63,383 bases of DNA, filler included, from Octopus bimaculoides (GCF_001194135.2; 6 parts of 6 records of this genome joined end to end with filler, not necessarily neighbours in it); one strand, 5' to 3'; positions 39,838 to 54,040 are shown, counted from the first letter of the whole stretch. A program made the numbers and translations. The notes: generated by a model from the sequence alone, not told the origin.

Positions 39838-41340
39838 CACACAGTCATCAGAAGAATTTCTAGAGATTTCAGAAGAAACCAATGAAGTAGGCATCATTTC
39901 AATATTAGATGTGGTAAGCTTGTTCACTATCATTACAATGACAGAAACAATAAAAATTATATTAGACAATGTATACAAACAGCCAAAAATAAAGTCACAT
40001 ATGAGACCGGCCAACATATGGAAGAAATTATTTATGAAACGTACAACAGAAGAGGAAGTACCTTTTCATTGCCCACAAGTCAATTTATATACATAGAAAA
40101 AAATGTTGAAGCCGTGAGTTCTCCCTGGGGGACTGTTTTTTGCAGCATTCTGTCCTGCCACAATAGAGAACAAAGTAGTACCAAAACACAAACATATAAT
40201 ATATAACAGATATGTGGAAGATACAATTGTTGTAATGGACATACTAGAATATATTGAGAAGTTAAAAGAAGATTTCAAAAACAGCTTGGTAGAAAAATTT
40301 AATGTCTCAGTAGTACAAACAGTGTTCCATTTCTATATATTAAGATCCAAATTGAAAAGAACAGACATATCATGTTCATGTACATCAAGCACACAAATGA
40401 ATGTATATATTTATATGGACTCTATATAATGGGTAGTACATCAAAACGCATATAATGAATACAGATTAGTCCTCAGACCAGATCAAATACCTTAAATCCA
40501 ACATCAAACGATGGAAGAAGCAATCCAGGCAAACAAGAATTGGCTATAGGAATTGTAGTGGTCAAGCTAATGAAAGTAAAATAAAAGATGGACAGGCAAT
40601 TGTTAATGGCATCAAAGCATTTATAAGTTAGTTTACATGGAAACAATGAATGTTCACTCAGTTACAAAATGCCGGTAATAAAATTCCTACTTAGTAAATC
40701 ATTTACATTCTTTTCCACAAAGAAAGTACTATATAAATAAATCTACATAATAAAGCAAACACTAATTAGCAAAGGATATTCTCACAGACTAGTAGGCCAA
40801 GTCACATAAGAATATGGGCGCAAATGCTATGCAACACTGCATCAAGCATTACAAGACTCCTATTGTTAAATTGGTCATACAAGTGCAACAATGTCTTGTA
40901 AACTCACCATGCACTTACAACAAGGGGTAATTTCAACATACTATGCAATACAACATAAAACAACAAAACTAGATAGATTAATGGATAACACATCCATACT
41001 ATACAGAATTCCTTGCAAAAGTGGCTGACTAATTATAGAAGCATTACTTGTAACATAAGATAGTGCTCGAACAGACACACAGACTACAAATACATGTCAT
41101 AAACATAATAATTATGTGGCTAATGGTGTATAAATCTAATGATCACATTTCAAATTCCAGCAGTAACATCTTAAACAAATTTAGGTGATAAAATCTACAG
41201 AAATTACATTTGCCCACTATAAAAGTGGCAGTTACACATGCCTTTAACACTTTACATGTGAATAATGAGACTATCAAAGCTTAAAAATACTGATCATATA
41301 TTAAGGAACTTTATTGTTCCAAATGAACTGCAAGACAGTA
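39838..41340 (+). mobile_element. Penelope-like element, part 2 (RT and GIY-YIG endonuclease remnants)
   Basis: SSEEFLEI..LDVVSLFT..ETIKIILDNVY, VSSPWG, RYVEDT (YVDD-like), and later YRIPCKSG. Confidence 0.75.
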
Positions 41341-41525
41341 TATGAATGTAAGGATAAAGAAAACCCTAATAACATTAAAACTAGAGCATAGCCAAAGTTT
41401 TGATACGACCTAAGAGGAAAGCTGTTCTAGTCATATATGAATATACATTTGCATGTGTGTATGAGTGTTTGTCTGCATGTGTGTGTGTGCATATACATAC
41501 ATATATATACACACATGTATGTCGC

Positions 41526-41563
<38 letters not shown>

Positions 41564-41617
41564 CTTCTCTCTTTCTCTCTCTCCCCTTCTCTCTTTCTCT
41601 CTCTCCCGTTCTCTCTT

Positions 41618-41648
<31 letters not shown>

Positions 41649-41663
41649 CTATATATATATATA

Positions 41664-41711
<48 letters not shown>

Positions 41712-42486
41712 AATAGAGAGATATGCACATATAAACATACACACATACACATATGCATATATGAATAAGTGTATGTACAATTGTGCATGCATACATACGT
41801 AAATACAAATGTGCACACACACACACACACACACATACATATGTACACACATACAGATACATATATATACATGCAAACATAAGTACATTAATACAAACAT
41901 ACAAATTATTTGCATTTATACTTATAATGATTAGATTTAAACATCAGAACTGAAACATCATCAATTAAAGTTATTTAAACAAATATATGATTTGCTCCAA
42001 ATATTTACATAAATAAAAATTATCTAAATATACAAACTGGTGACATCAGTATTTGCATATTATATCATAGGATCAAAGATATGTGATGTGTTAATGAAGG
42101 AACTGTCACTTCCATCTTCTTGGAAGATTTTTTTTTTTTAAATTTTCGTTTAGTTATTCTGAGGATAATTGTTAACATTCATAACTTTTGCAGGTGTTCT
42201 CAGACTGATGAGATGGAAGTTTCATGCTCTGTATCTTTTCTGCCATTTACCTTTTAATTACTCTAGTCACTAGCATATAGCCATACTGGGAGACCATCGT
42301 GGCTGAAGAAAATTAACCCCAGCACTTATTTTTTTTAAGTCTTCAAATTATTCTATTAGTCTCTTTTGTCAAACAACTAAAAAAGAATAACACCAGCTGT
42401 CAAGTGGTGGTGAGGTGCGAAAACATACACAAAGACACACACATACATAAAGACATACATACATACATGCATGCATGCATGCATGC

Positions 42487-42850
42487 ATACATTGATCCAT
42501 TGATACATACATATACACACATATGAATATAAAGAATCCCTCTGTTACTGAATATGTACATAAACATCAACACAAGGAATACTAGTGGAACATTCCCATC
42601 AAAACATCTTTCAAGTTTAAATATTACAGGTTGGATATTGTTGTTTGGGACAGATGAGAAAAAACATGCACCATACATGCATACATACATACATACATAC
42701 ATACATACATACATACATACATACATACATACAAACAAACAAAAATACCCTGTTGTTGATGTTGAAATTCCAGTGAAGGAACCTTGAATCTAGGTTAGAA
42801 ACCGGTTCTTTCTCTATTGGCAAGAAATCTTGAAATAAACTGAATAATGA
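42487..42850 (+). mobile_element. R4/Dong-type 3' fragments interleaved with (CATA)n
   Basis: Homologous to 47782-48365, including the junction ATTGATCCATTGATAC; 3' UTR motif CCAGTGAAGGA..GTTAGAAACC. Confidence 0.75.
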
Positions 42851-43496
42851 CATACATATATGTATGTATGTATACATATTATCGAATGTGCATACTTAAT
42901 GTATGTGATTTGACATAGTAGAGATGACTCTCTTTTCAAGTACCAGGTGCTAAAACATCTGAAAGTCATAGACGGGCGAGACAACTCTCCCCAAATGTAC
43001 ATACACATACATGTGTATATACATGCACATACAGGTATGTAAAATCCGCCACTGGAAAACAGCAACATCTTTGTTGCTTTTATTTTTATTTTTTATTTTT
43101 TGTTAATTAAAAAATACCTTGGCAAGTTAACTTAGGATTCCTTAATGACAATGTAACTTTCATATAATTAGGGTATCTTCAGTCTAATGAGTAGCTAACT
43201 AAGTACCCTGCATTTAGTAATTATTACACCAAAGGATCTGCTTGCTAGGAAACATATATAGCTGGGATTTTGCCTGTTCCACTCTCTCAATTTGGATTTT
43301 TATTCACATCCATAGCAACTCAAGGTGCTAACTGTGAGTTATAAAAAATGTTTGCAGCTTATTGAACTTCGATATGAGAAAGCCTACAACCTTCAACACC
43401 AATAAATTGCTATTATTCCCGAACATTGTTTATTATACCTACCACAAACTGCTTGAAGTTTACAACCTTCCTACACTTAGATCCTTCGATCTTATA

Positions 43497-43584
<88 letters not shown>

Positions 43585-44049
43585 CACACACACACATGCA
43601 CACACACACATGCACACACACACACACATCATCATCATCATCACATATATGCACCCCATAGCTTGTGTGTACAGTTAGATGTACTACTGCTACTATTGCA
43701 TTTAGAACTCTACGTAGGCTATCATCACCCATTCTGCTTCCAGTATAGTAGTTTGATTACTTCTATACATTGTCGTATTACTTGTTATGATATACTGAGC
43801 AAATATTGAAGAGATTATCATTGACACAGGTTTATATCATTTGTTTTCTATGTAAGTATCACACTTGTGTTTGTTTGGAATCTCTGCATTGGATGTTGCA
43901 GAAATCAGTTGATTTCTACAAATATAATGTCATAAAGTGTTCCCAGATGAAATACAGGCATGTCCTTTATGGCCATGCCTCCATACCTTCTGCAAGCTTT
44001 GTTTTGAAGGTGTCAGTGCCTCATAAAATGCACTCATGCCAATGTCACA

Positions 44050-44162
44050 TCAAGTCCAATTGTGTTCAGACAATTGGAACCTGAACAGCTCTCCAGTTGG
44101 TCAGCTCCTGTCAAACCATCCAACCTATGCCAACATGGAAAGCAGATGTTAAACAATGATGT

Positions 44163-44222
<60 letters not shown>

Positions 44223-44239
44223 NNNNNNNNNNNNNNNNN

Positions 44240-44274
<35 letters not shown>

Positions 44275-44440
44275 CAGGTTTCCACATAGTTTCTATCAAC
44301 CAAGTTCATTCACAAGGCACTGGTCATCCTGGGAGTTATAGTAGAAGACACTTGGCCAAGGTGTCATGCAGTGTGACTGAACTCAAAACCACATGGTTGC
44401 AAAGTAAGCCTCCTAACTACACAGCCATGCTTGCACCTAT
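44050..44440. mobile_element. RTE-tail stub (+) ending in (GAT)n, then SINE A head (-)
   Basis: CCATCCAACCTATGCCAACATGGAAAGCAGATGTTAAACAATGATG; 44272-44440 is the reverse complement of the family A head. Confidence 0.8.
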
Positions 44441-44739
44441 GTAACAATGTACTTAGAGTAAAATGTAGGCAGAGGGAGGCTGGAAATCCAGAAGGTGGCA
44501 ACTAGTGAATTGAAAAATCACCTGAGAGAGAGACCTCATAATCAGTTATTGGCAGCCCTTGTTAATTAGTTCAACAAATGCTGAGATTGATGTACCAGAC
44601 TGGTTGGCATTTGTATATACAACACTAGTAGCTAAAAACCAGGTGACCCATGTCACCAAAATCTTCAGGCCCAAAGTATGCTTGAATGTGGTGTATAAAT
44701 TATGCACAGGTTGTTTGAATTCATTCTTCCAGGATCAGT

Positions 44740-46730
44740 GAAACATACAGTGTGATGACTGATGAGTAAGCAACATTAAAGAAAGAAGTCTGGGACTGTG
44801 CTGAACAACTCCTCATTAACAAAGTTGTCCTTAAGAAGGTGAAACAGCACTGCTGAAACCTACTGACAGTATGGCCAGATTATAAGAAGGCCGTTGATTC
44901 TGTTCCTCCCTCATGTATAATAGAGTCATTATGCCTTGCTAATGTTCCAACTGCTGTAGCATTAAGAGACTGATAACAACTTGGTTCATAAAGCTATTGA
45001 TATGAACAGAAGCTACTTCTATCATCATTAACAGAATTAGGCTACAAATAAACATTTCAAGGTGATAACTTATTTGTAATGTTTTTTTATCCTAGAAGCG
45101 AACTCTTTGTGAGCTCTGTTAAGGAAATACAAAAGCAACATGATAGGATCTGCTGATGGAAGAAAAATTTGTTACCTGCATTTTTTTGTTTACAACCCTT
45201 AAGCTGTGCCTGAATAATATTCACAACACCAAAAGACAACTAGAACTGGTGGCAACATTCTTGTGAGACATAGGGATAAAGCTTGGTCAAGATGAATGTT
45301 CATTATTGGTCGTCAAATGAGGAAAGATTGTCAACCATGCAAAGAATATGAATACCAATGGCTTGTTTGTCTTCCCTATCACCAGTGATGACTGTTAGAA
45401 AAATCTCAGAATTGCTGAGAAAATTGTATACAACGGTGTTGTGAGTAAAGTTAGAGTGACTTCAACAGACCCAAAAAACTATAGAAGTCAGAGCTGTTTG
45501 CATTCAATAAAACTAAGTGCCTTTACAGTGCCAGTGCTAGCACCAATATTTGGGATAGTAGATTGGATGCCTCAAGAAATCTGCAATTTGGACATTAAGG
45601 TTAAGAAGGTATTAACAAGATTGATAAATTGTATATCAACAGTGACACTGACAAGCTCAATGCTAATTGGTGCAATGGAGATGGAGGCATAAGATCAGTC
45701 TAGATGGCTTTTCAGTGCAGCAGCATCAATTAAATAACACCTTCTGAACAGTAAAGAGATAAATGTGTATCTCACGTGTATACTCAACAATAAAGGTAAT
45801 AACATCATGAGAAAACCTCCTGAACAAGAATTTTTCACCTGTTCTCATGCTGTTCCAAGTCAACCAAGGGTGATCAGACTGATCTATTTAAATGAAGACA
45901 TGGAGAAATACTCACTTTGAGAAATACTCACTATACCAGCAGAAAGTTATGCACAGGTATATGTCCTGTAAGCTCAAGAATACTATCAACATTGATAGGA
46001 AAAGTAACCTCACCTAGACATACAATAAGTACCTCACATCTTACGTAGCAGGCTATGTTTTTGCTATCCAAAAACAGGAGATGGCTATTAAATATCTGAT
46101 CAACAAGAAAATTAAATATGACAGTAGACCTCCATTTTGTGATAGAAAATATCAATTGTACCATACCAGTGTGAAAGATACCATCCATATCAGCAGCTAT
46201 CCAAAAATGCCTGTGATATGCTACCTTTCGATAATACATGACATTAGTCACTAAAACCATCTGAACTGCTATATGGTGAAAGGATTCTCTTGATGGCCAT
46301 ACAAAAGGTACACCAGAACCAGAGAATATCCACACCTTTAAAAATAAAGAATACTAATGGAACATTCCAGTAAGAACAGTTAGTATGAATACATTCCACC
46401 AGATATTATTGTATCAAATAAGGAACAAAAGACATGCAGTATTGTAGAGATCAGCTTCTCATTGGATGAGAATCTCTCATTAAAAATTGTTAAGATCAAC
46501 AATCGAGAACTAATGAAAAATCTACAAATTTTATAACCAGGTTATAGATTTTCTTTTGTACTTGTTAACATAGGTGCATAGGACTATGAAACAACAGATT
46601 TGAATAAAAAGTCTGAAAATAGTGGGGTTCTCCAAAAAAAGGAACAGAGGAGAGTGGTTCACATTCTTCAAATATAATTCTTTAGAGGTAGACTAAGAAT
46701 TTATAAAATATCTAAAATATCTCAAGGATT
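44740..46730 (+). mobile_element. R4/Dong-type (RLE) LINE, degenerate RT through endonuclease
   Basis: CAEQLLINKVV..DYKKAVDSVP, FQGDNL, SAFTVPVLAPIFGIVDW, PDIIVSNKEQKTCSIVEIS. Confidence 0.85.
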
Positions 46731-46839
46731 CTCCATTTGGGTGAACATATGCACATAATCAGATATACGTATGGAATACACACACAAGTATATACATAAA
46801 CAGTTGTAGCGTACACTCGAGTGAAATTAGAAAGAACGG

Positions 46840-47163
46840 TTGGTCATTAAAGTAAAATGAAAGCTGGCACTGAACTATAGAAAGGAATGCATGTTCTAAG
46901 TCGGGTGAGCCATTTTCACAATGATAGAAGCTTTCGGCTGCTGGAAATCCTTTTAGACTGGGGTCACCATTTTATAATCATAATGGGAGAAGGAGATACT
47001 CCACAGGTATCATAAACCTCCCATTCCATTATAAAATGGTGACCCCAGTCTAAAAGGATTTTCAGCAGCCGAAAGCTTCTATCGTTAAAATGGCTCACCG
47101 GACTTAGAACATGCATTTCTTTCTGTAGTTCAGTGCCAGCTTTCATTTTGCTTTACTGGCCAA
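46840..47163. repeat. Fold-back inverted repeat, arms of about 150 bp
   Basis: ATCCTTTTAGACTGGGGTCACCATTTTATAAT / ATTATAAAATGGTGACCCCAGTCTAAAAGGAT etc.; the right end abuts a gap. Confidence 0.96.
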
Positions 47164-47539
47164 NNNNNNNNNNNNNNNNNNNNNNNNNNNNNNNNNNNNN
47201 NNNNNNNNNNNNNNNNNNNNNNNNNNNNNNNNNNNNNNNNNNNNNNNNNNNNNNNNNNNNNNNNNNNNNNNNNNNNNNNNNNNNNNNNNNNNNNNNNNNN
47301 NNNNNNNNNNNNNNNNNNNNNNNNNNNNNNNNNNNNNNNNGAAGTGGATGGCCCGCTTGCTTGAAGAGTCGTCCCGTTGCTGCATTTGGTGTATTTACTG
47401 GTATCAAATATTGATCGTCAACATTGTGGGAGAAATTACTTCAAAAGGAGATTATTTGCACACACTCTTGTGTACACACACTCTTGTGTACTAATATGAC
47501 ACACACACATACACACATACTATATGGATGCAAGTTTGT

Positions 47540-47601
<62 letters not shown>

Positions 47602-47781
47602 GCACACCAACCAATTCAGATAACTGCAAATTTTGAGAGCCATCTTAACTTAAACAAAATGTCCTTGCAATTTTTTGTAAGTAATTAGCTTGAATTCTGC
47701 AAAGGAAGAAGAAATTTAACAAATCCCAAACAAAAACTTACATACATTCATACATACATACATACATACATACATACATGC

Positions 47782-48365
47782 ATACATTGATCCATTGATA
47801 CATGCATATATACACATATGAATATAGAAAATCCCTCTGTTATTGAAGATCTACACAATCATCAACACAAGGAATACTGGTAGAACATTCTCATCAAAAC
47901 ATCTTTCAAGTGTAAATATTACAGGTCGGATATTGTTGTTTGGGACAAACAAGAAAAAGCATGTACCATCATAGTGGTCAGCTGTCCTGCTGATGTGAAT
48001 ATCTCTTTGAAAATCAAAGGGAAAAAGGATAACTATGGACAACTTCTTCGACACCTCCAGCTTCTATATCCAGATTACAAATTCATATTTATACCAATAA
48101 TAATTGGTGCATTTGGTTTTGTGAGTAAATACCTAAGTGACAGTCTGGATAAGCTAGGGTTTTCAGAAAAAGAAATGAACCATCTGACTCACACATTACA
48201 AATACAATCTGTAAGTGGGACACTTTAAAATATGCAAGACTTTTCTCAAGTTTAAGATGTAACATCTTTTGATATCTACATTCCAATGAGGGAGCTTTGT
48301 ATCTTTGTTAGAAACCAGCTCCTTCCTCAGAGGAAGAATTTAAATAGTTAAAAACAGAAGAAAAC
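47782..48365 (+). mobile_element. R4/Dong-type 3' end (RLE endonuclease plus 3' UTR)
   Basis: DIVVWDKQEKACTIIVVSCPADVNI..IPIIIGAFG..ICKTFL. Confidence 0.88.
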
Positions 48366-49759
48366 ATGCATATATGCATACATATAGGTATATATTTTGA
48401 GAGATTTTCTTGCAGTCCTGCGGTCTTTCTTCACTAAGTGAAATTGCATTCAAGTTATGCACCATCCAATATCTCTGACCAGCATTCACTCAATTTAGCA
48501 CTCCAAATTCTTCATCCTTTTTCATTGATCACTACAATCACTTCTTCACCAACTTGTCCAAAATCACCTCAATTAAAAGATGCCAATTTACATTAAAATT
48601 TTGGACTGAAATCTCATTAACTAAGTGATAATAATTTCAATAGGTAAACATTTGTCTTTTATCAAGTTGAAAGTTAGTTATTTCATTAAATCTCTCATAA
48701 TTTTTGATTAATTTGAAAATTAAAACACAATGGGGTATATATTTGTTTGAAATATGTTCATAAAAGGATTAACATACTGCACTGTTTGTTGTTTTAATTT
48801 TACCAACTCCAAAATGATTGGAATTTATGTCAGCTACCACTATTGGTTCTAGTTCTAAGCCACCTTGACTGACCTTTCAACATTTTCTTATTGTAAATAT
48901 GTTTGGTATTTATCATTAGTACTTTCAACACTTGAAAATAAAATCAGCATCGAGTATATATAATTGAAAATATTGATTAGTAATTTTCAAGAAAAAGATA
49001 AATGAAATTATAAAAATAACAAAATGTTTTAACATTATATTATCTCTTAATACCAAAAATAAAAAAAAGTTAGCATTAATGCTTTCACTTTTTTTTTCCT
49101 TTCTATTTTTTAATGTTAGCTTTTAAATTTCTGGCAGTAACTCAGTTATTTGCATATAAGTAGCAACAGAGCAAACAATACTGAATATGTGATATGAATT
49201 GCTTGAATACTTCATAACTTCTTTATCTTCATTTCGGGTAACTATTTTAAAGTTACATTTTTGATTCAGGGCATCATCATTATAGTTTAGTTTTAAAAGA
49301 ATATTTACTTCATTATTGGTCTTCAGTAATGTAGAAGTGCCAACTGATTTAAGTAACTGATTAACTGCCCAAAATAGTAGCTAAATTTTTTTCAAATACT
49401 CTACACCTTCTTACAAAAAAGATGGGATGGTCACAACTGGAATGCATTTAATGATATCTACTTAATGAGGGTTGGACTAAAATTAAAAAAGCAATAATTA
49501 TAACAAATGTACCTCTTTGTAACTTCGTAGTCATTATCATCATCATCATCAACATCAACAACATCAACAACAACAACATTTTCTAGCATTTTCCATCAAA
49601 TATTCTATATCATTTGTTATAGTGAAACATTTACATACACCCACCCATCCACTCAAACCCACACACACACACACACATGAATCCTTGTTTGTGTGTGTGT
49701 GTAAGTATGTGTGTTTGTTTCACCTTGTTTTAACATTGCCTGATAGTCGTAAATGATAG

Positions 49760-49945
49760 TCACTGTTAGACAAGTGGTGTCATTTATTTCCAGTATTCTG
49801 TGTAAACATATCTGATCGTGGGAAGATATTACCTGACTTGGAAACAGGTGAGGGTTGATGACAGGAAGGGCATGTGGCAGTAGAAACTCGGCCACAATTA
49901 GAATTTTTCCAATCCATGCAGGCATGGAAAAGTGGACGTTAAGAG
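49760..49945 (+). mobile_element. RTE-tail-like stub ending in (GAT)n
   Basis: AGGAAGGGCAT..CCAATCCATGCAGGCATGGAAAAGTGGACGTTAA. Confidence 0.7.
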
Positions 49946-49989
49946 GATGATGATAATGAGAAGGAGGAAGGAGAGGAAGAGGATGATGG

Positions 49990-50026
<37 letters not shown>

Positions 50027-50127
50027 ACATTCATTCAGTTTCATTTTGATATCTGGATTAATCTCTGCATTTACATACATATGTTCATATTTACAATTAT
50101 ACATTCACATACAATTATTCACATGCA

Positions 50128-50458
50128 CAGGTGTGGTTATGTTGTAAGAAGCTTGCTTCCCAACCATATGGTTCTGGGTTCAGTCCCACTGCATGGTACC
50201 TTGAGCAACCTGACCAAAGCCTTGTGAGTGGATTTGATAGCTGGAAACTGAAAGAAGCCCATTGTATGTATATTTATATCGCTCTATGTGTGTTTATGAC
50301 CCTGTAACTTAGCAGTTTGGCAAAAAAAGCTGATAGAAAAAGTACCAGGCTTAAAAAAAAAACGACGTTTTGGTGGGGTCAATACATTCAAGTAAAACCT
50401 TTCAATGCAGTGCTCCAGCATGACCACAACCAAAAGACTGAAACAAGTAAAAGATAAA
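50128..50458 (+). mobile_element. SINE family A, CpG-decayed
   Basis: Colinear with 15067-15450; CGG/GCG replaced by TGG/GCA. Confidence 0.85.
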
Positions 50459-52701
50459 GGACAAAAGAATGCTCTATAGTCTTTATTTTAGTCATGTCAA
50501 AAGAACCGAAGACAAAAACGGTATGCAATGTGAAGTAATGACAGAAAGTACTACCTTTCTCCAAGAAAAGTATCAAATGTTAAGTGCAACCCAATATTTC
50601 TTTTATTTAAGTATTAAAAAAAAAAAAAAAAGAGGGTCATGGAGGATAATTGATTTACTAAAAATAGGTCACACAAGTAAAATATTAAGAATTGGTGTTA
50701 AATGCATTGGTTGATCAAGTTTAGCTTCAGAGGGTCTGTGTAGGCATCAAAAACATTTCCACTTTCTCCGGATGAAACCAAATAGAAATTTATCAAAAGA
50801 TTAGCAAAACAAAAGAAAAAAAAATCCAGATTAATGCAGTAAAGCTTAAACTCATCTCTGTAGGTGCAGCACCTTCACCATTCAGTCATCAAACCTTGAA
50901 TTTATCTGCACCCAGCTAGCATCACCACCACCACCACCACCATTACCATGAATGTAAGCACCTAAAAAAAAATGTTCATGTGAAATGATGCAAATGTGCT
51001 TCGCTGTTTTGAATAAGACTTCGACTGTTCTTTCTAATCAATATCTATGATAGTTTTGTTTCAGGCTTGATTGATTTAATTACAATTTCATAGCATATTT
51101 ATTCAATCACATGCATTGATTGCCAATGGAAAAATGAGAATGGAGTTGTTAAACTGCTTTACAGTTTAAATTGGGTCTATAAATAAAATTATTTACACCA
51201 CTATTTCTTAAACTAAATTACAATTATCGCATAAATTCACCTCTGACACATTATTTACTTTTTATTTACAACAGAACAAAAATATATATCACAAAATATT
51301 TCTAGCTTCCTATCAACACAAATTAATAGTTGTATACACCATTAAGAAATATATTCATGCTATTATAAGCAATGTACATGTATTTTCATGTATTTTCAAC
51401 ATTGGTTTGATATTCAGTTTTACAGTGCTAACACACATACAAACAGATTCACACACACACACGCGCACGCACGCAAATACCTACATGGTATATGTGTATA
51501 TANNNNNNNNNNNNNNNNNNNNNNNNNNNNNNNNNNNNNNNNNNNNNNNNNNNNNNNNNNNNNNNNNNNNNNNNNNNNNNNNNNNNNNNNNNNNNNNNNN
51601 NNNNNNNNNNNNNNNNNNNNNNNNNNNNNNNNNNNNNNNNNNNNNNNNNNNNNNNNNNNNNNNNNNNNNNNNNNNNNNNNNNNNNNNNNNNNNNNNNNNN
51701 NNNNNNNNNNNNNNNNNNNNNNNNNNNNNNNNNNNNNNNNNNNNNNNNNNNNNNNNNNNNNNNNNNNNNNNNNNNNNNNNNNNNNNNNNNNNNNNNNNNN
51801 NNNNNNNNNNNNNNNNNNNNNNNNNNNNNNNNNNNNNNNNNNNNNNNNNNNNNNNNNNNNNNNNNNNNNNNNNNNNNNNNNNNNNNNNNNNNNNNNNNNN
51901 NNNNNNNNNNNNNNNNNNNNNNNNNNNNNNNNNNNNNNNNNNNNNNNNNNNNNNNNNNNNNNNNNNNNNNNNNNNNNNNNNNNNNNNNNNNNNNNNNNNN
52001 NNNNNNNNNNNNNNNNNNNNNNNNNNNNNNNNNNNNNNNNNNNNNNNNNNNNNNNNNNNNNNNNNNNNNNNNNNNNNNNNNNNNNNNNNNNNNNNNNNNN
52101 NNNNNNNNNNNNNNNNNNNNNNNNNNNNNNNNNNNNNNNNNNNNNNNNNNNNNNNNNNNNNNNNNNNNNNNNNNNNNNNNNNNNNNNNNNNNNNNNNNNN
52201 NNNNNNNNNNNNNNNNNNNNNNNNNNNNNNNNNNNNNNNNNNNNNNNNNNNNNNNNNNNNNNNNNNNNNNNNNNNNNNNNNNNTATATGTATGCATATAT
52301 ATATAAATATATAATTAGAAGATAGCTTGTTATGGCTAGTCAGAGAGTGACCATTAATCTTGCACCTGTAAAACACTTAGCTGTACAGGTAACTCATCAG
52401 ACTCAGATGGCCAGAAGCACATAACCTCTCAACAACTGAAGGGAGGAAAACAACACCAGGGTCAGTTGAATTTACAAACAAAAAATTGCAGAATGAAACT
52501 CTATTGGCAAAACCTTGGAGAATGCAAAGTTACCCCCATTAGATAAATTCCAGTTATGTCCATGACCCCTGCCAAAAAATTCTGAAGGTGGTAGCACTTC
52601 TCTAATCAACAAATAGGGAATTCTATGATTCCAACGGGAATTTCCCCTAATGAAGACACTGACAAAACATCTCTTTTTTAGAGTTTAAAAAGGTCCTCAA
52701 G

Positions 52702-52871
52702 CACTAGCGTAGTTAAAGTGTGTGCTCCCCAGGGTGGCCCTCCAGTTTTCTGCCCCTGGACCTCCACAAAAAATACATATTGCCTACAGCAGACCCAAAA
52801 GTAGTGCCATCCCCATAAAAGTGCCACCCAGGGTGGATTGTCCCCTCTGTCTCCCTCTAGCTATGCTAGTG
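52702..52871. mobile_element. hAT-type MITE, 170 bp
   Basis: TIRs CACTAGCGTAGTTA / TAGCTATGCTAGTG; degenerate 8-bp TSD TCCTCAAG / TCTCCAAG. Confidence 0.7.
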
Positions 52872-53834
52872 TCTCCAAGTCAAATACATTTTTTAGGATT
52901 CTTACTCTTCCGGGCAAGCAAAGCTTACATCGTTTTCTCCAATTGAAGTATGGCCCCGGTTGTTCTAGGATTTAATTTTGCATGATGCACCCTACTTTTT
53001 TAAATGCCATATGTAACAGGTCAGGAACGTGATGTTGCTCGTCTCTGGTATTCTAAAAGAGGACCTGTGATTGCTAAGACAATGCTTGAATGGGCCACCT
53101 ATAGAATCAACATATTTCCATGTCTGTGCCCTTGTGCTGATGGCATTACAGCTGCAGTTGTTGTTGTTGTTATTGCTCTTGTCACTGCCAGACCCATTGC
53201 TGGTGCTGTTACTCTGTTGCTGCTGCCACTGGTGCTCTTACTGGTATCATTAATGTTGCCACTGTTATTTCTGGATGCAATGCTGGTGCTGTTGTTACTA
53301 TTGTAGCTGTTGCTATTGCTGCCATAGCGGCTGCTTAATGCACTGCTGCTTTATGGGCTGCTGGTGTAACTGCCACCACCATTACAATTGCTGTCACCAT
53401 TGTTGTTATTGGTGGTGGTGTTGCCAGTGCTATTCCTGCTGTTGCTGCCAATGCCACTGTTGTCACCAGTGCCGGTCACTACCTTAGCGTGGTCTAAGGG
53501 TGCTCACTAATATTTTTTTAATGCTGGGCATACACCTGAAAGATACCCTTAAGTTGTGTCTATTAATCAAACACCTATATCTATGTCACTATGTGAAGTG
53601 TTTGTCCGCTAATCCGATGAATATCCTTCCCACACAAGTTTTGACATTGAGTGAGAAGGGTGGGGCAAACCAAATGACTTTACAGTGGTGCTTCTTTTGT
53701 GGATGTTAGGGCTGTAGGGGTGGGCATGTAGGAGATGCAGTCCTCAAACCTACTGGACACCAAAGGTGGTGAGGTGGGGTGGGGGCAAAACAAAAGAATC
53801 TTTACTAGAGGATAGTTTCAAAATATATATATAG

Positions 53835-54040
53835 TGGAGGTGCATGGCTTAGTGGTGATTGTAAGATTGTGGTCCTGATTCCTGGATCAGGTGATGCATT
53901 GTGCTCTTGAGCAAAACACTTCATTTCACACTGCTCCAGTCCACTCAAATGGGAAAAATGAGTAATTCTGTGACAGAGCAGCATCCCACCCAGGGAAGAA
54001 TATACATACACCAGAGAAACCAGGAAACCAGCACTATGCT
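53835..54040 (+). mobile_element. SINE family C, CpG-decayed
   Basis: A-box TGGCTTAGTGG, body CTTGAGCAAAACACTTCATTTCAC; an RTE-tail stub (-) follows at about 54080-54250. Confidence 0.8.

Noticed and set aside
42770-42812. R4/Dong 3' UTR motif as a hammerhead (CCAGTGA..GAAACCGGTT)
   Set aside because: Three mismatches in the catalytic core in all copies seen; too weak to claim
50856-50954. Possible + strand exon (TCTCTGTAG ... GTAAGC); similar candidate at about 42193
   Set aside because: Stops in all frames and no supporting neighbours; cannot be distinguished from chance
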